This document shows positions 34,845 through 44,316 of a DNA stretch of 64,000 nucleotides, in pieces. Numbering within the stretch: the first letter of the stretch is position 1; the number at the start of each line of letters is the position of its first letter. Under the pieces are notes generated by a model. That model saw nothing but the letters and a program-made list of their open reading frames with translations, made no database searches and had not been told where the DNA came from. Where the stretch lies: NCBI GenBank assembly GCA_963815115.1, contig CAWFFN010000008.1:320001-384000 (forward strand), read 5' to 3'. The DNA is from an uncultured delta proteobacterium. GTDB lineage: Bacteria; Desulfobacterota; Binatia; DP-6. Made by a program: the position numbers and the translations under genes.

Positions 34845-35252
34845 TCACGCCGTGGGCGACCCTTCGCCCGAGTTCTTCAGCTCGAGGACGTTGCCCTCGG
34901 GGTCACGGAGATAGACGGAGGTGCCGTAGCCGCGCGCGCCGTAGCGCACCATCGGCTCGCCGATCGTCTCCACCCCCGCCGCCTCGAGGTGGCGCACGAC
35001 CGCATCCATGTCGGCGGTCGCGATCGCCAGGCACACATGATCGACGTTGGGGTGTTCCCGTGGCGCCGCGCCCGCGTCGGGCACCAGGTCGATCAGGCTG
35101 CGGCCCGCACGCAGCTGGATCAGCCCGATCGCCTCGAGGCGTCGCTCCTCGACGAGACCGAGCACGTTGATATAGAAATCCAGCATACGCTCCTGGTCAT
35201 GGCATCGAAGCACCACGTGGTCGAGCTCCTCGACCTCGAACGGCACGGGCAT
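34845..35252 (-). CDS. VOC/glyoxalase family protein
   Basis: LDHVVL, FY..VLG, DHVCL, YLRDPEGNVLEL. Confidence 0.88.
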   Translation of the reverse strand: MPVPFEVEELDHVVLRCHDQERMLDFYINVLGLVEERRLEAIGLIQLRAGRSLIDLVPDAGAAPREHPNVDHVCLAIATADMDAVVRHLEAAGVETIGEPMVRYGARGYGTSVYLRDPEGNVLELKNSGEGSPTA

Positions 35253-35334
35253 CACCCCTCCTCTGCCACGATTGGCCGCGTCGCGGAAGCACGGGAGCAG
35301 TCTGCTCGCTCGCGAGCGCGAGGGGGGCGTCACT

Positions 35335-35655
35335 TCAGTGGAGGAGGTCGGTGGTGTCGAAGAACACCTCCTCCGCACGCTCGCAATCCTGGCATTCGAG
35401 CCGGGCCACGCGGTAACGCTGGCCCGAGAGTTCGCGCGAGCCCTCGCCCCGGCGCTCGAGATATCCGCCGCAGGAGCAGCGCCGGCGGCGCAGGTGGAGG
35501 TCCATCTCGCCGAAGGTTGTCACCGGAATTGCCAGTGCCGGTGAAGAGCCGGGACGCGTGCTCGCGAGGCGCCGGAGACGCGCCCGGCGCCAGCGGCGGT
35601 GCGCCATGACGGCCACCGCGGCCGCCAGCGCGGCCACGAGCAGGAGGTTGCTCAG
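35335..35655 (-). CDS. Small membrane-anchored protein with a Zn-ribbon-like C-terminus (start uncertain)
   Basis: Hydrophobic stretch, basic patch, then RCSCGG...ECQDCE...FFD. Confidence 0.6.
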   Translation of the reverse strand: MSNLLLVAALAAAVAVMAHRRWRRARLRRLASTRPGSSPALAIPVTTFGEMDLHLRRRRCSCGGYLERRGEGSRELSGQRYRVARLECQDCERAEEVFFDTTDLLH

Positions 35656-35689
35656 CGAGCAGTCCCTCGCCGTCCGGGCGCCGAGCAGA

Positions 35690-37318
35690 TCACGTGGTGG
35701 GCGGTTTCGACCTCGCTGCCTGGCCGAGCGCCTTCGCGAGCGCGGCGTCACGGCCGTAGAGGTCGGCTCGCGAATGGATCTGCCCGTCCTCGTCCGCCCA
35801 CGCGGTCTGGTAAAGGATGTAGACGGGAACCGGCTCGCGCAGCGACAGCATCCGCGTCGTCCAGTTCGAGAGGAACTGCTTGCGCTTGGCGGGGGTCCAG
35901 CGGGAATCGCCGGTCAGCAGCCGATCGGCCAGCCCGAGGGCGTTGCCCACCCGCACGCATCCCGAGCTGAGCGCACGGTGCGGCTGCGACATCAGCCCCT
36001 TCGCGTTGGTGTCGTGGAGATAGACCGCGAAGCCGTTCGGCATGTGGAACTTGACGCGCCCGAGGGGATTCTTCGGTCCCGGCGGCTGTCGCAGCGTGAC
36101 TCGACCGACGGGGTCGCCGTCGACCTGGCGGTGGGACACGACCTGGATGCCTCGCCGCGCGAGAAAGGCCTGGTTGCGCTGCATCTTCGGCCAGAACTCC
36201 TTCCGCAGGAGCGTCGGCGGCACGGTCCAGGTCGGATTGAAGATCAGCTCGGTGATCTTCGTGGTGAGCAGCGGCGTGCGCCGGTCCGTCCGTCCGACGA
36301 TCACCGGCATCTCGAGCACGGGTCTGCCGTCCTCGACCAGCTTGAGATCGAACGACGGCACGTTGACGGCGACGTAGCGGCGACCGAAGTCCTGCGGCAT
36401 CCAGCGCGCGCGCTCCAGATTGACGATGATCTGGCTGATGCGGTCCGCGACCGGCACGGCGAGCGCGGTGCGCGTCGCCGCACCGAGCGATCCGTCCGCA
36501 GGTACCCCGTTCCGGCCCTGGAACGCCTTCACCGCCTCGGCCAGCGTCTCGTCATAGAGCTGCGAATCGTCATCAGCTCCCTCCACCGACGCGAGCTCCC
36601 CGGTCGCGACCAGTCGGTGGCGCACCAGGGGCACGACGGGATCGGACATCCCCGGTGTGACCGTGGAGCCGCGCGTGGGTATGGCGGGCCAGCCCCCGGC
36701 GCTCGCCGCGGCGCGGTAGCGAGCCAGGGCGTCGACCAGCCCGCGGTAGTCCGGCGAGCCGGGCGCGACGCCGTCGAGAAACGCGGACAGGTCGGGGGCG
36801 GCCGCGGCTGCTTCTGCCAGCGCCTGCGGGTCGACGGGCCGCTCCTCGATGGAGATCTCGTCGCTCAGGGCTCTGCCCGATGTCGCGCCGAGACGCAGGT
36901 GGACGATGAGGTGCATGATGCCATCGCTGGTGAGAACCTCCAGCGCGGCCCGGTCGGACGGCGTGGCAGCCGCCAGGCGGCGGGCGATCGCCTGCCGGTG
37001 ATAGGCGGCCGGCTCGAGCCCATGCGCAGAGGCACGGTCGATCGCAGCGCTGATCGCCTTGCCCCGGCTGGTCGCATCGCCCTCGCCGATCCAGAGGGCG
37101 CGATAGCCTCTCGGCTCGTAGAGACCGCGCAGCAAGCGCACGTCGAGCTGTTCGCCGTCGACGACCGGCGCCTCGTTGCCGTTGAGCAGGGCCGCGATCC
37201 CGACCGTGAGGGCATCCGGGGTCCCTCCGGCAACCGTGGCACCAGGGGGGTCGGCGGCCCCGACGGCACCGCTCACCAGCCAGGGCAGCAGAACCCACGC
37301 CGGAAGGTATCTTCTCAT
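35690..37318 (-). CDS. L,D-transpeptidase, YcbB/LdtD-like (scaffold, PG-binding and YkuD domains)
   Basis: Signal peptide, AVKAFQ..NG...DG, NLERARW, VNVP, NPTW.VP, YLHDT...SSGCVRV. Confidence 0.92.
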   Translation of the reverse strand: MRRYLPAWVLLPWLVSGAVGAADPPGATVAGGTPDALTVGIAALLNGNEAPVVDGEQLDVRLLRGLYEPRGYRALWIGEGDATSRGKAISAAIDRASAHGLEPAAYHRQAIARRLAAATPSDRAALEVLTSDGIMHLIVHLRLGATSGRALSDEISIEERPVDPQALAEAAAAAPDLSAFLDGVAPGSPDYRGLVDALARYRAAASAGGWPAIPTRGSTVTPGMSDPVVPLVRHRLVATGELASVEGADDDSQLYDETLAEAVKAFQGRNGVPADGSLGAATRTALAVPVADRISQIIVNLERARWMPQDFGRRYVAVNVPSFDLKLVEDGRPVLEMPVIVGRTDRRTPLLTTKITELIFNPTWTVPPTLLRKEFWPKMQRNQAFLARRGIQVVSHRQVDGDPVGRVTLRQPPGPKNPLGRVKFHMPNGFAVYLHDTNAKGLMSQPHRALSSGCVRVGNALGLADRLLTGDSRWTPAKRKQFLSNWTTRMLSLREPVPVYILYQTAWADEDGQIHSRADLYGRDAALAKALGQAARSKPPTT

Positions 37319-37417
37319 GATGCGCGCCTGCCGAGCATCATAGCGGAACTCGACGCGGCGCGCTCGTGACCCGGTCGTTTGCGAGCGGCGTCATCCCGTC
37401 GGTACGCTGTGGCCGCG

Positions 37418-38608
37418 ATGCGCAGGCCGCGGGTGGGGCTGATCGGTGTGCTCTGGATGACCGGATTCGCGGCGCACGCCGGCGAACCTTCCGAGCCCGC
37501 GCTGCAGAGCGCCGCGCGCGCGCTCGGCGCGAACCAGGGCGTGTTCGCCCAGGCGGACGACGGCACCGTGCTGGCCGCCCAGGTGGCCGACTGGCCGGTG
37601 CATCCCGCTTCGGTGGCCAAGGTCGCCTCGTCGCTGGCTCTGCTGGAGCGCCTCGGCCCGGGACATCGCTTCCGGACCAGCATCCTCGCAGGAGGCCCTC
37701 TGCAGGACGGCCGGTTGGGAGGAAACCTGGTCATCGAAGGAGGAGGCGATCCCTCGCTGGTCTACGAGAACGCCTTCCTGATGCTTCGGCGCCTGCGGAC
37801 GATCGGAGTGCGTACCGTGGCGGGCGACCTCGTCGTGCGCGGTCCATTCGTCTTCAACTGGCGTCCCGATCCCGACGGCTCGCGATTCCGCCTGGCCCTC
37901 AGTGGGCGCGACGGCGCTCCGGCGTGGGCCGCGGTCGAGAAGCTGGTGCCGTGGAAGGGACCCACGCATCTGAATGATGCCGGCATCGCCTTCGTAGGCC
38001 AGACCGGCTCCGACGGGACCGTCAGCCGGGTCCTGGTGCACCGCTCGCCCCCGCTCGTGCGCATCCTCAAGTGGCTCAACGACTACTCCAACAACGTCTT
38101 CCAGCTACTGGCGGAGAGCATCGGAGGGGCGCCCGCGGTCGAAGCGATCGCGCGCTCCCACCTGCCGCCCGCGCTGCGCGGCGAGGTCGCGATCGCCAAC
38201 GCGGCGGGAGCGGGAGAGGACAACCGCATGAGCCCCCGCGCCGCCGTCGCGCTGCTGCAGGCGCTCGCCGCGGAGCTCACGCGCCGGGGCCTCTCCTTCG
38301 TCGACGTCCTCCCGGTATCCGGCATCGATCGCGGTACCCTCGAGAAGCGGCTCCTCGATCACCGGGGAACGGTCGTCGGCAAGACCGGCACGTTCGGCAG
38401 TGTCGGCGCCTCCGCACTGGTCGGGGTGGTACGGACGCGGCGGTGGGGGGGCGTCACGTTCGCCATCCTCGACAACTGGGTACCCGTGCCCGAGGCTCGG
38501 CGACGGCAGGATGCCTTCGTCCGCACCCTCCTCGACGCGGGTGGCGCAATTCCATGGCCCTATCACCCCCTGGCGCAGCCGCCGTTCACCGACGCGCGCC
38601 TCGAGTAG
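37418..38608 (+). CDS. D-alanyl-D-alanine carboxypeptidase/endopeptidase, peptidase S13 (DacB/PBP4-like)
   Basis: PASVAK (SxxK), GGGDPSL, SNN (SxN), GKTGT (KTG). Confidence 0.88.
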   Translation: MRRPRVGLIGVLWMTGFAAHAGEPSEPALQSAARALGANQGVFAQADDGTVLAAQVADWPVHPASVAKVASSLALLERLGPGHRFRTSILAGGPLQDGRLGGNLVIEGGGDPSLVYENAFLMLRRLRTIGVRTVAGDLVVRGPFVFNWRPDPDGSRFRLALSGRDGAPAWAAVEKLVPWKGPTHLNDAGIAFVGQTGSDGTVSRVLVHRSPPLVRILKWLNDYSNNVFQLLAESIGGAPAVEAIARSHLPPALRGEVAIANAAGAGEDNRMSPRAAVALLQALAAELTRRGLSFVDVLPVSGIDRGTLEKRLLDHRGTVVGKTGTFGSVGASALVGVVRTRRWGGVTFAILDNWVPVPEARRRQDAFVRTLLDAGGAIPWPYHPLAQPPFTDARLE

Positions 38609-38760
38609 AGACCCGGCGGGCGCCCCGGCAGAGGTCGCCCATGTGCCTGGTTTCCCTCGATTACCATCCATCCGAATGGAGCGCGGGGGCGAAGGAGAAT
38701 GGCGGGCCCGGGCGCCACCGGCGGCAAGATGCGAAGAGTCCCAAAAACGTCAAAAAATAC

Positions 38761-38788
38761 TTGACAGCCGAACGGGGCCGGGAGTAAT
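38761..38788 (+). promoter_or_regulatory. Putative sigma70 promoter of the TetR gene
   Basis: A-tracts at 38743-38758, then TTGACA-N16-AGTAAT. Confidence 0.55.
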
Positions 38789-38796
38789 GCGCGCTG

Positions 38797-38812
38797 AACT
38801 GACATGTCAGTT
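38797..38812. promoter_or_regulatory. Perfect 16-bp palindrome, candidate TetR operator
   Basis: AACTGACATGTCAGTT is its own reverse complement and covers the TetR ATG at 38804. Confidence 0.7.
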
Positions 38813-39580
38813 TCCGCGGTGACGTCTCCCAGTCCGCCGGCAGGAACGCCCTCGACGCAGTCCCCGAGGACGCGGAGCCGACGTGAGGCGATCCTCGAGT
38901 CGGCCCTCGAGGTCATCGCGCGCGAAGGGTTCCACCGGGCCTCGGTCGCCGAGATCGCCAGCCGAGCGCACGTGTCGCGGGCAACCGTCTACCAGCACTT
39001 CGCGGACAAGCGCGACATCCTGCGTGCCCTGGCGGATCGCGTTGCCCGCCGTGTCATCGAAACGGCGGAGACCTGGCCGCCGCTCCCGGCCGGACCGGTC
39101 GGCGATGCAACGGCGTCCTCGCCCGACACCACGGACCAGCAGCTCCGGCTCGTCATCAGCACCCGGATTTCCCAGATCCTCGAAGCGATCTCGGCCGATC
39201 GCGATGCCGCGCGACTCATCGCCCGCTTGACTCGCGATCACGACGAGGTTGCCGACGATGCGCTGCGCCGCATCGACGATCACGTGGTCAACATCCTGAC
39301 GACCGATATCCAGGAGGCGAGCGGGTCCGGGCTGCTCCGCTCCTGCCGGGCCCGCACCATTGCCAGGTTCCTGTTCGGCGGAATCCGGAGGCTGGTGATG
39401 GACGCGCTCGACCGCGACGAGCAGCACGAGCTCGACCCAGGAGCCGTCGCTCGCGAGGTCGGGGCGTTCGTGTTCTTCGGGCTGGCGGATCGCCAGCTCG
39501 TCGCTCGCGCTCCGCGTTCACCTTCAGCAGCGACACACAGAAGAGGAGTGGAAGCCGAGGTACGTCAGTCCGAGCCATAG
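38804..39580 (+). CDS. TetR/AcrR family transcriptional regulator
   Basis: ILESALEVIAREGFHRASVAEIASRAHVSRATVYQHFADK helix-turn-helix. Confidence 0.93.
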   Translation: MSVSAVTSPSPPAGTPSTQSPRTRSRREAILESALEVIAREGFHRASVAEIASRAHVSRATVYQHFADKRDILRALADRVARRVIETAETWPPLPAGPVGDATASSPDTTDQQLRLVISTRISQILEAISADRDAARLIARLTRDHDEVADDALRRIDDHVVNILTTDIQEASGSGLLRSCRARTIARFLFGGIRRLVMDALDRDEQHELDPGAVAREVGAFVFFGLADRQLVARAPRSPSAATHRRGVEAEVRQSEP

Positions 39581-39836
39581 GACCGCGAGGAGCCGAGCCA
39601 AAGCTGTCACTGCGGCCGGCCACCCCGAACGCCGCCTCGCGAACAAAGTGCCCGCTAGGCGCCCGGAGGTTCCTTGGAATCCGGCGGCCGGCAAGCCCAT
39701 CGCCGGCCGCCGCGAGATCACACAGGCCCCTACGAGGGAGAGCCCGCTATGCGGAGCGTGTGACCGTGTGCAGGCAGAGGCGTCTCGATGGATCGTCCGC
39801 GAACGATCTCGGACTGACACCCAGGAGGATTCAACC

Positions 39837-42008
39837 ATGCTCACTCGTGGCTTGCTCGCAGGCTTATTGGTTCTCGCAGCCCTGACCCGCAACGCGCCGG
39901 CGGCCGTCATCCCGCCGCCGCTGACTGCCACGTTCATCGACTTCGATAACATCCCCGCCGCGCAGGACATCTTCTCGGTCCCCGGGCCGCTCACGAACGA
40001 GTTCGCCTCGCAGGGGGTGATCTTCTCGGGCTTCGGCGAGAACGGCGGCGCGCTCCTGGGCACCGGCGAGGGCACTGGACTGCCCGAGATCTCGCCGCCG
40101 AACTTCGTCGTCTTCATCAGCGCCTTCCCCCTGCAGAACGGCGGGCTTCCCCAGACACCGGAGATCCTCAGCTTCTACCCTCCCGTCACTTCGGTACAGT
40201 TCGACACCGGCACCGGCGGCATCGATTGCTCCGACCCTGACGCGGGCTTGCCGACCACCATGATCCTCACAGTCCAGGGGTTCGGTCCGGCCAGCACCCC
40301 GGTGGGTAGCATCACCCGGCCAGCGTCTCTCGACGGAGCGACCATCCAGATCACCTTCTCGGCCCCCGCCGAGGTGGTGCGCATCACCAGCACCCACACC
40401 TGCGGACCGCCAGGATTCCTCTTCCACGGGGTCGAGATCTTCACCGTCGACAACCTCGCCTTCACCCCCGTCGCCTCGGCCGCGAGCGCCTGCGCGCAGC
40501 TGGCGATGGATGCGGCCGGCAAGAAGGCGAAGGCCGTGGCCGGGTGCTACGCCAAGGCCCTCCAGAAGGGCCTCCCGGTCGATGACGCGTGCATCCAGAA
40601 GGCCGTCGACAACTTCAACAAGGGCTTCGCCAAGGCGCAGGCGAAGGGTGACTGCCTCGCCCCCGACACGGACGCGGCGTCGGTCGAGGCTGCGGTGGAC
40701 AGCATGATCGCGGCGGCCATCCAGACGGTGACCAACGGCGCGCCGGGGCCGGATGTCTGCTTCGGCAAGAAGCTCACTGCCGTCGGCAAGAAGGCGCAGG
40801 CGTTCGCCAAGTGCTTCTCGAAGGCGGCGAAGTCGGGCGTCCAGGTCGACGAGACGTGCGGCCAGAAGGCCGCGTCGTCCTTCAACGGCTCGCTCAAGGC
40901 GTGCGGCACGCCGACGCAGCTCGGCCCGATCGAGGAGCAGATCGATGCCTTCGGGACGGCGTTGTCGCGCTCGCTGACCGTGCCGACGACCACGACGACC
41001 ACGACCACCACCAGCACCACGACGACCACCGCCCCGCCGCCGCTCGGCCAGCACCTGTCGTTCACCACGACGGCAGGCACGGCGAACTGCGGCGCGAACG
41101 GGTTCGGCACGCCGGCCGATCCGCCCTTCTCGGGTGAGCTCGACTCCGACCTCGTCGGCACCAAGCTCGTCGACCTCGGGCTCGGCTGCCTCTACATCGG
41201 TGGCGGCATCGCGACGGTGAACCCTTCGCTCATTCCGGAGAATGCCACCACGGTGCTCGACAGCCCCGACGGCACGACGCTCTCGGGTAGCCTGGGCACG
41301 GGCCGGGCGGACTGCTCCGTCGGACCGCAGGGCACCACCAAGCATTGCGTCAACAACCCGTCCTTCGAGTGCACCAGCGACGGCGATTGCTTCGCGCCGG
41401 GCGGCTGCCAGACCGACGCGACCTGCTACTTCGGCCCGCCGGTCCTCGTGAACGGCTTCCCCTCGAGCTGCGTGGTCAACACCTTCGCGCAGGACGCGAG
41501 CGGGACGCTCAACCTGGCCACGGGCGAGTCGACGGTCGACATCGAGCTCTCGTCGTTCGTCTACCTGACCCTCGGCCAGCTCACCGTCTGCCCGATCTGC
41601 GACGGTGGCTTCTGTAACTACGGGGCCACGCCGGGCGCTCCGTGCACGACCACCAACAGCACGCAGACGACGCTCGATTGTCTGCCGAGCCCGGGCACCT
41701 TCGTGGCCACGCTGCCGGTGAGCCTCAATCCGCTGGCCTCCTCCGTGGTCACGACCACGGCGGCGGACGGGCTCTTCTGCCCGGCGCAGGGGAATGCGGG
41801 GGCCTTCGGCCAGGCGGCAACGCAGGCGATCACGCAGAACGGATCGCCGGCGGGTGACCTGACCGACGGGGCGCCGCATGCCGGCGTGCTCGTGAGCAAC
41901 TTCTGCATCCCGCCGACGGGCAGCCTCGCCCTCGACGGGCTGGCCGACCTGCCGGGCCCGGGCTCGCTCAGCCTGCCCGGCAACGCGCAGTTCTTCGCCG
42001 TACCGTAG
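39837..42008 (+). CDS. Secreted modular Cys-rich protein, paralog A (723 aa), function unknown
   Basis: AGGAGG RBS, signal peptide, beta-rich N-domain, duplicated Cys-helical module, poly-Thr linker, C-domain ending ADLPGPGSLSLPG. Confidence 0.88.
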   Translation: MLTRGLLAGLLVLAALTRNAPAAVIPPPLTATFIDFDNIPAAQDIFSVPGPLTNEFASQGVIFSGFGENGGALLGTGEGTGLPEISPPNFVVFISAFPLQNGGLPQTPEILSFYPPVTSVQFDTGTGGIDCSDPDAGLPTTMILTVQGFGPASTPVGSITRPASLDGATIQITFSAPAEVVRITSTHTCGPPGFLFHGVEIFTVDNLAFTPVASAASACAQLAMDAAGKKAKAVAGCYAKALQKGLPVDDACIQKAVDNFNKGFAKAQAKGDCLAPDTDAASVEAAVDSMIAAAIQTVTNGAPGPDVCFGKKLTAVGKKAQAFAKCFSKAAKSGVQVDETCGQKAASSFNGSLKACGTPTQLGPIEEQIDAFGTALSRSLTVPTTTTTTTTTSTTTTTAPPPLGQHLSFTTTAGTANCGANGFGTPADPPFSGELDSDLVGTKLVDLGLGCLYIGGGIATVNPSLIPENATTVLDSPDGTTLSGSLGTGRADCSVGPQGTTKHCVNNPSFECTSDGDCFAPGGCQTDATCYFGPPVLVNGFPSSCVVNTFAQDASGTLNLATGESTVDIELSSFVYLTLGQLTVCPICDGGFCNYGATPGAPCTTTNSTQTTLDCLPSPGTFVATLPVSLNPLASSVVTTTAADGLFCPAQGNAGAFGQAATQAITQNGSPAGDLTDGAPHAGVLVSNFCIPPTGSLALDGLADLPGPGSLSLPGNAQFFAVP

Positions 42009-42025
42009 CTTCGGATCATGCGAAC

Positions 42026-42057
42026 TCCCGGCGCCGGTCCCATGGCCGGCGCCGGGA
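42026..42057 (+). repeat. Conserved intergenic GC hairpin, copy 1
   Basis: TCCCGGCGCCGG-loop-CCGGCGCCGGGA. Confidence 0.85.
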
Positions 42058-42078
42058 TCTCTCAGAAGGGGGGGCACG

Positions 42079-44244
42079 ATGATCACGCGCAGCTTGCTTG
42101 CAGGCGTCCTGGTTCTCGCCGCGCTCACTCGCGGCGCGACGGCGCAGCTGGTTCCGCCGCCGCTGACCGCGACGTTGGTCAACTTCGACGAACTCTCCGC
42201 TCCGGAGGGCATCGACCAGCTCACCGGACCGGTCACGAGCGAAGAAGTCTCGAAGGGAGTGATCTTCGCCGGTTTCGGCCAGAACGGCGGCGCGCTGCTC
42301 GGCGCCGGCGAGGGGGCCGGCCTGCCCGAGGTCTCCGGCGCGAACTTCATCGTCTTCGTCAGTGCCTTCCCGATGCAGAACGGCGGACTTCCCCAGTCGC
42401 CGGAGACCCTCTCGTTCTACCCGCCGGTCACGTCCTTGCAGTTCGATACCGGTACGGCCGGCGTGGATTGCTCGGGCACGATGGCAGTCACCGTCCAGGG
42501 ATTCGCGCCGGGCGGCACGCCGGTCGGCTCGACCACGGTGACCATTCCGCCCGAGGGCATAACCGTCCAGGTCGCCTTCTCGGCGCCCGCCGAGCAGGCG
42601 CTCATCACAAGCACCCACAGCTGCGGGCCGCCGGGATTCCTCTTCCACGGGGTCGAGGTGTTCACCATCGACAACCTCGCCTTCACCCCGGTCGCATCGG
42701 CCCCAAGCTCCTGCGCGCAGCTCGCGACGGACGCCGCCGGGAAGAAGGCAAAGGCCGAGGCCGCCTGCTACGCCAAGGCGCTCCAGAAGGGCCTGCCGGT
42801 CGATGCGGCCTGCATCCAGAAGGCCGTCGATACCTTCAACAAGGGCTTCACCAAGGCGCAGGCGAAGGGTAACTGCCTGGCCCCCACGGACTCAGGCTCC
42901 GTGGAAAGTGCCGTCGACTCCATGCTCGCGGCCGCGATCCAGACGGTGACCAACGGCGCGCCGGGACCGGACGCGTGCTTCGCCAAGAAGCTCACCGCGA
43001 TCGGCAAGAAGGCGCAGGCGTTCGCGAAGTGCTTCTCGAAGGCGGCGAAGTCGGGCGTGCAGGTCGACGAGACGTGCGGCCAGAAGGCGGCCTCGTCCTT
43101 CAACGGCTCGCTCAAGGCCTGTGGCACGCCGACCCAGCTGGCGCCGATCGAAGGACAGATCGATGCCTTCGGCGTGGCGCTGTCGCGCTCGCTGACCGTC
43201 CCGCCCACCACCACGACCACGACGACGACGAGCACCACGACGACCACCCTGCCGCCTCCGCTCGGCCAGCATCTCTCGTTCACCACCACGGCAGGCACGG
43301 CCAACTGTGGCACCACCGGGTCGTTCGGCTCGCCGCCCGATCCGCCGTTCTCGGGTGAGCTCGACTCCGACCTCGTCGGCACCAAGATCGCCGATCTCGG
43401 GCTGGGCTGCCTCTACATCGGTGGCGGCATCGCGACGGTGAACCCGTCGCTCATTCCGGAGAATGCCACAACGGTCCTCGACAGCCCCGACGGCACGACG
43501 CTCGCGGGCAGCCTTGGCACCGGCCGGGCGGACTGCTCGGTGGCGCCGCAGGGCACCACCAAGCACTGCCAGAACAACCCGGCGGTCGAGTGCACCAGCG
43601 ACGGCGACTGCTTCGCGCCGGGCGCCTGCGCCCTCGATCCGACCTGCTACTTCGGGCCGCCGGTCCTCGTGAACGGCTTCCCCTCGAGCTGCGTGGTCAA
43701 CACCTTCGCGCAGGACGCGAGCGGGACGCTCAACCTGGCCACGGGCGAGTCGGCGGTCGACATCGAGCTCGCGTCGCTCGTCTACCTGACCCTGGGCAAG
43801 CCCTCGGTCTGCCCGATCTGCGATGGCGGCGTCTGCAACTACGGCGCCAACATCGGTCAGCCCTGCACGACCACCAACAGCACGCAGACGACGCTCGACT
43901 GTCTGCCGGATCCGGGCACCTTCGTGGCCACGCTGCCGGTGAGCCTCAATCCGCTGACCTCCTCCGTGGTGACGACCACCGCGGCGGATGGCCTCTTCTG
44001 CACCGGCGGCCCCGGCGGCGATCAGGTCGATCCGGGGGCCTTTGGCCAGGCGGCGACGCAGGCGATCACGCAGAACGGCTCGCCGGCCGGTGATCTGACC
44101 GACGGGGCACCCCACGCCGGCGTGCTCGTGAGCAACTTCTGCATCCCGCCGACGGGCAGCCTGGCCCTCGACGGGCTTGCCGATCTGCCGGGCCCGGGCT
44201 CGCTCAGCCTGCCCGGCAACGCGCAGTTCTTCGCCGTTCCATAG
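42079..44244 (+). CDS. Secreted modular Cys-rich protein, paralog B (721 aa)
   Basis: Collinear with paralog A over its full length. Confidence 0.9.
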   Translation: MITRSLLAGVLVLAALTRGATAQLVPPPLTATLVNFDELSAPEGIDQLTGPVTSEEVSKGVIFAGFGQNGGALLGAGEGAGLPEVSGANFIVFVSAFPMQNGGLPQSPETLSFYPPVTSLQFDTGTAGVDCSGTMAVTVQGFAPGGTPVGSTTVTIPPEGITVQVAFSAPAEQALITSTHSCGPPGFLFHGVEVFTIDNLAFTPVASAPSSCAQLATDAAGKKAKAEAACYAKALQKGLPVDAACIQKAVDTFNKGFTKAQAKGNCLAPTDSGSVESAVDSMLAAAIQTVTNGAPGPDACFAKKLTAIGKKAQAFAKCFSKAAKSGVQVDETCGQKAASSFNGSLKACGTPTQLAPIEGQIDAFGVALSRSLTVPPTTTTTTTTSTTTTTLPPPLGQHLSFTTTAGTANCGTTGSFGSPPDPPFSGELDSDLVGTKIADLGLGCLYIGGGIATVNPSLIPENATTVLDSPDGTTLAGSLGTGRADCSVAPQGTTKHCQNNPAVECTSDGDCFAPGACALDPTCYFGPPVLVNGFPSSCVVNTFAQDASGTLNLATGESAVDIELASLVYLTLGKPSVCPICDGGVCNYGANIGQPCTTTNSTQTTLDCLPDPGTFVATLPVSLNPLTSSVVTTTAADGLFCTGGPGGDQVDPGAFGQAATQAITQNGSPAGDLTDGAPHAGVLVSNFCIPPTGSLALDGLADLPGPGSLSLPGNAQFFAVP

Positions 44245-44261
44245 CATCACATAGTACGAAC

Positions 44262-44302
44262 TCCCGGCGCCGGCCCTCCTGGCCGGCGCCGGGACTCTTT
44301 TT
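44262..44302 (+). terminator. Conserved GC hairpin, copy 2, followed by a T-tract (terminator-like)
   Basis: TCCCGGCGCCGGCC-CTCCT-GGCCGGCGCCGGGA-CTCTTTTT. Confidence 0.65.
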
Positions 44303-44316
44303 GAAGGAGTTCTCTT

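Noticed and set aside
40985-41030. ACC/ACG trinucleotide runs as phase-variable microsatellites
   Set aside because: Mixed synonymous codons in frame encoding poly-Thr linkers; length changes would not shift the frame.
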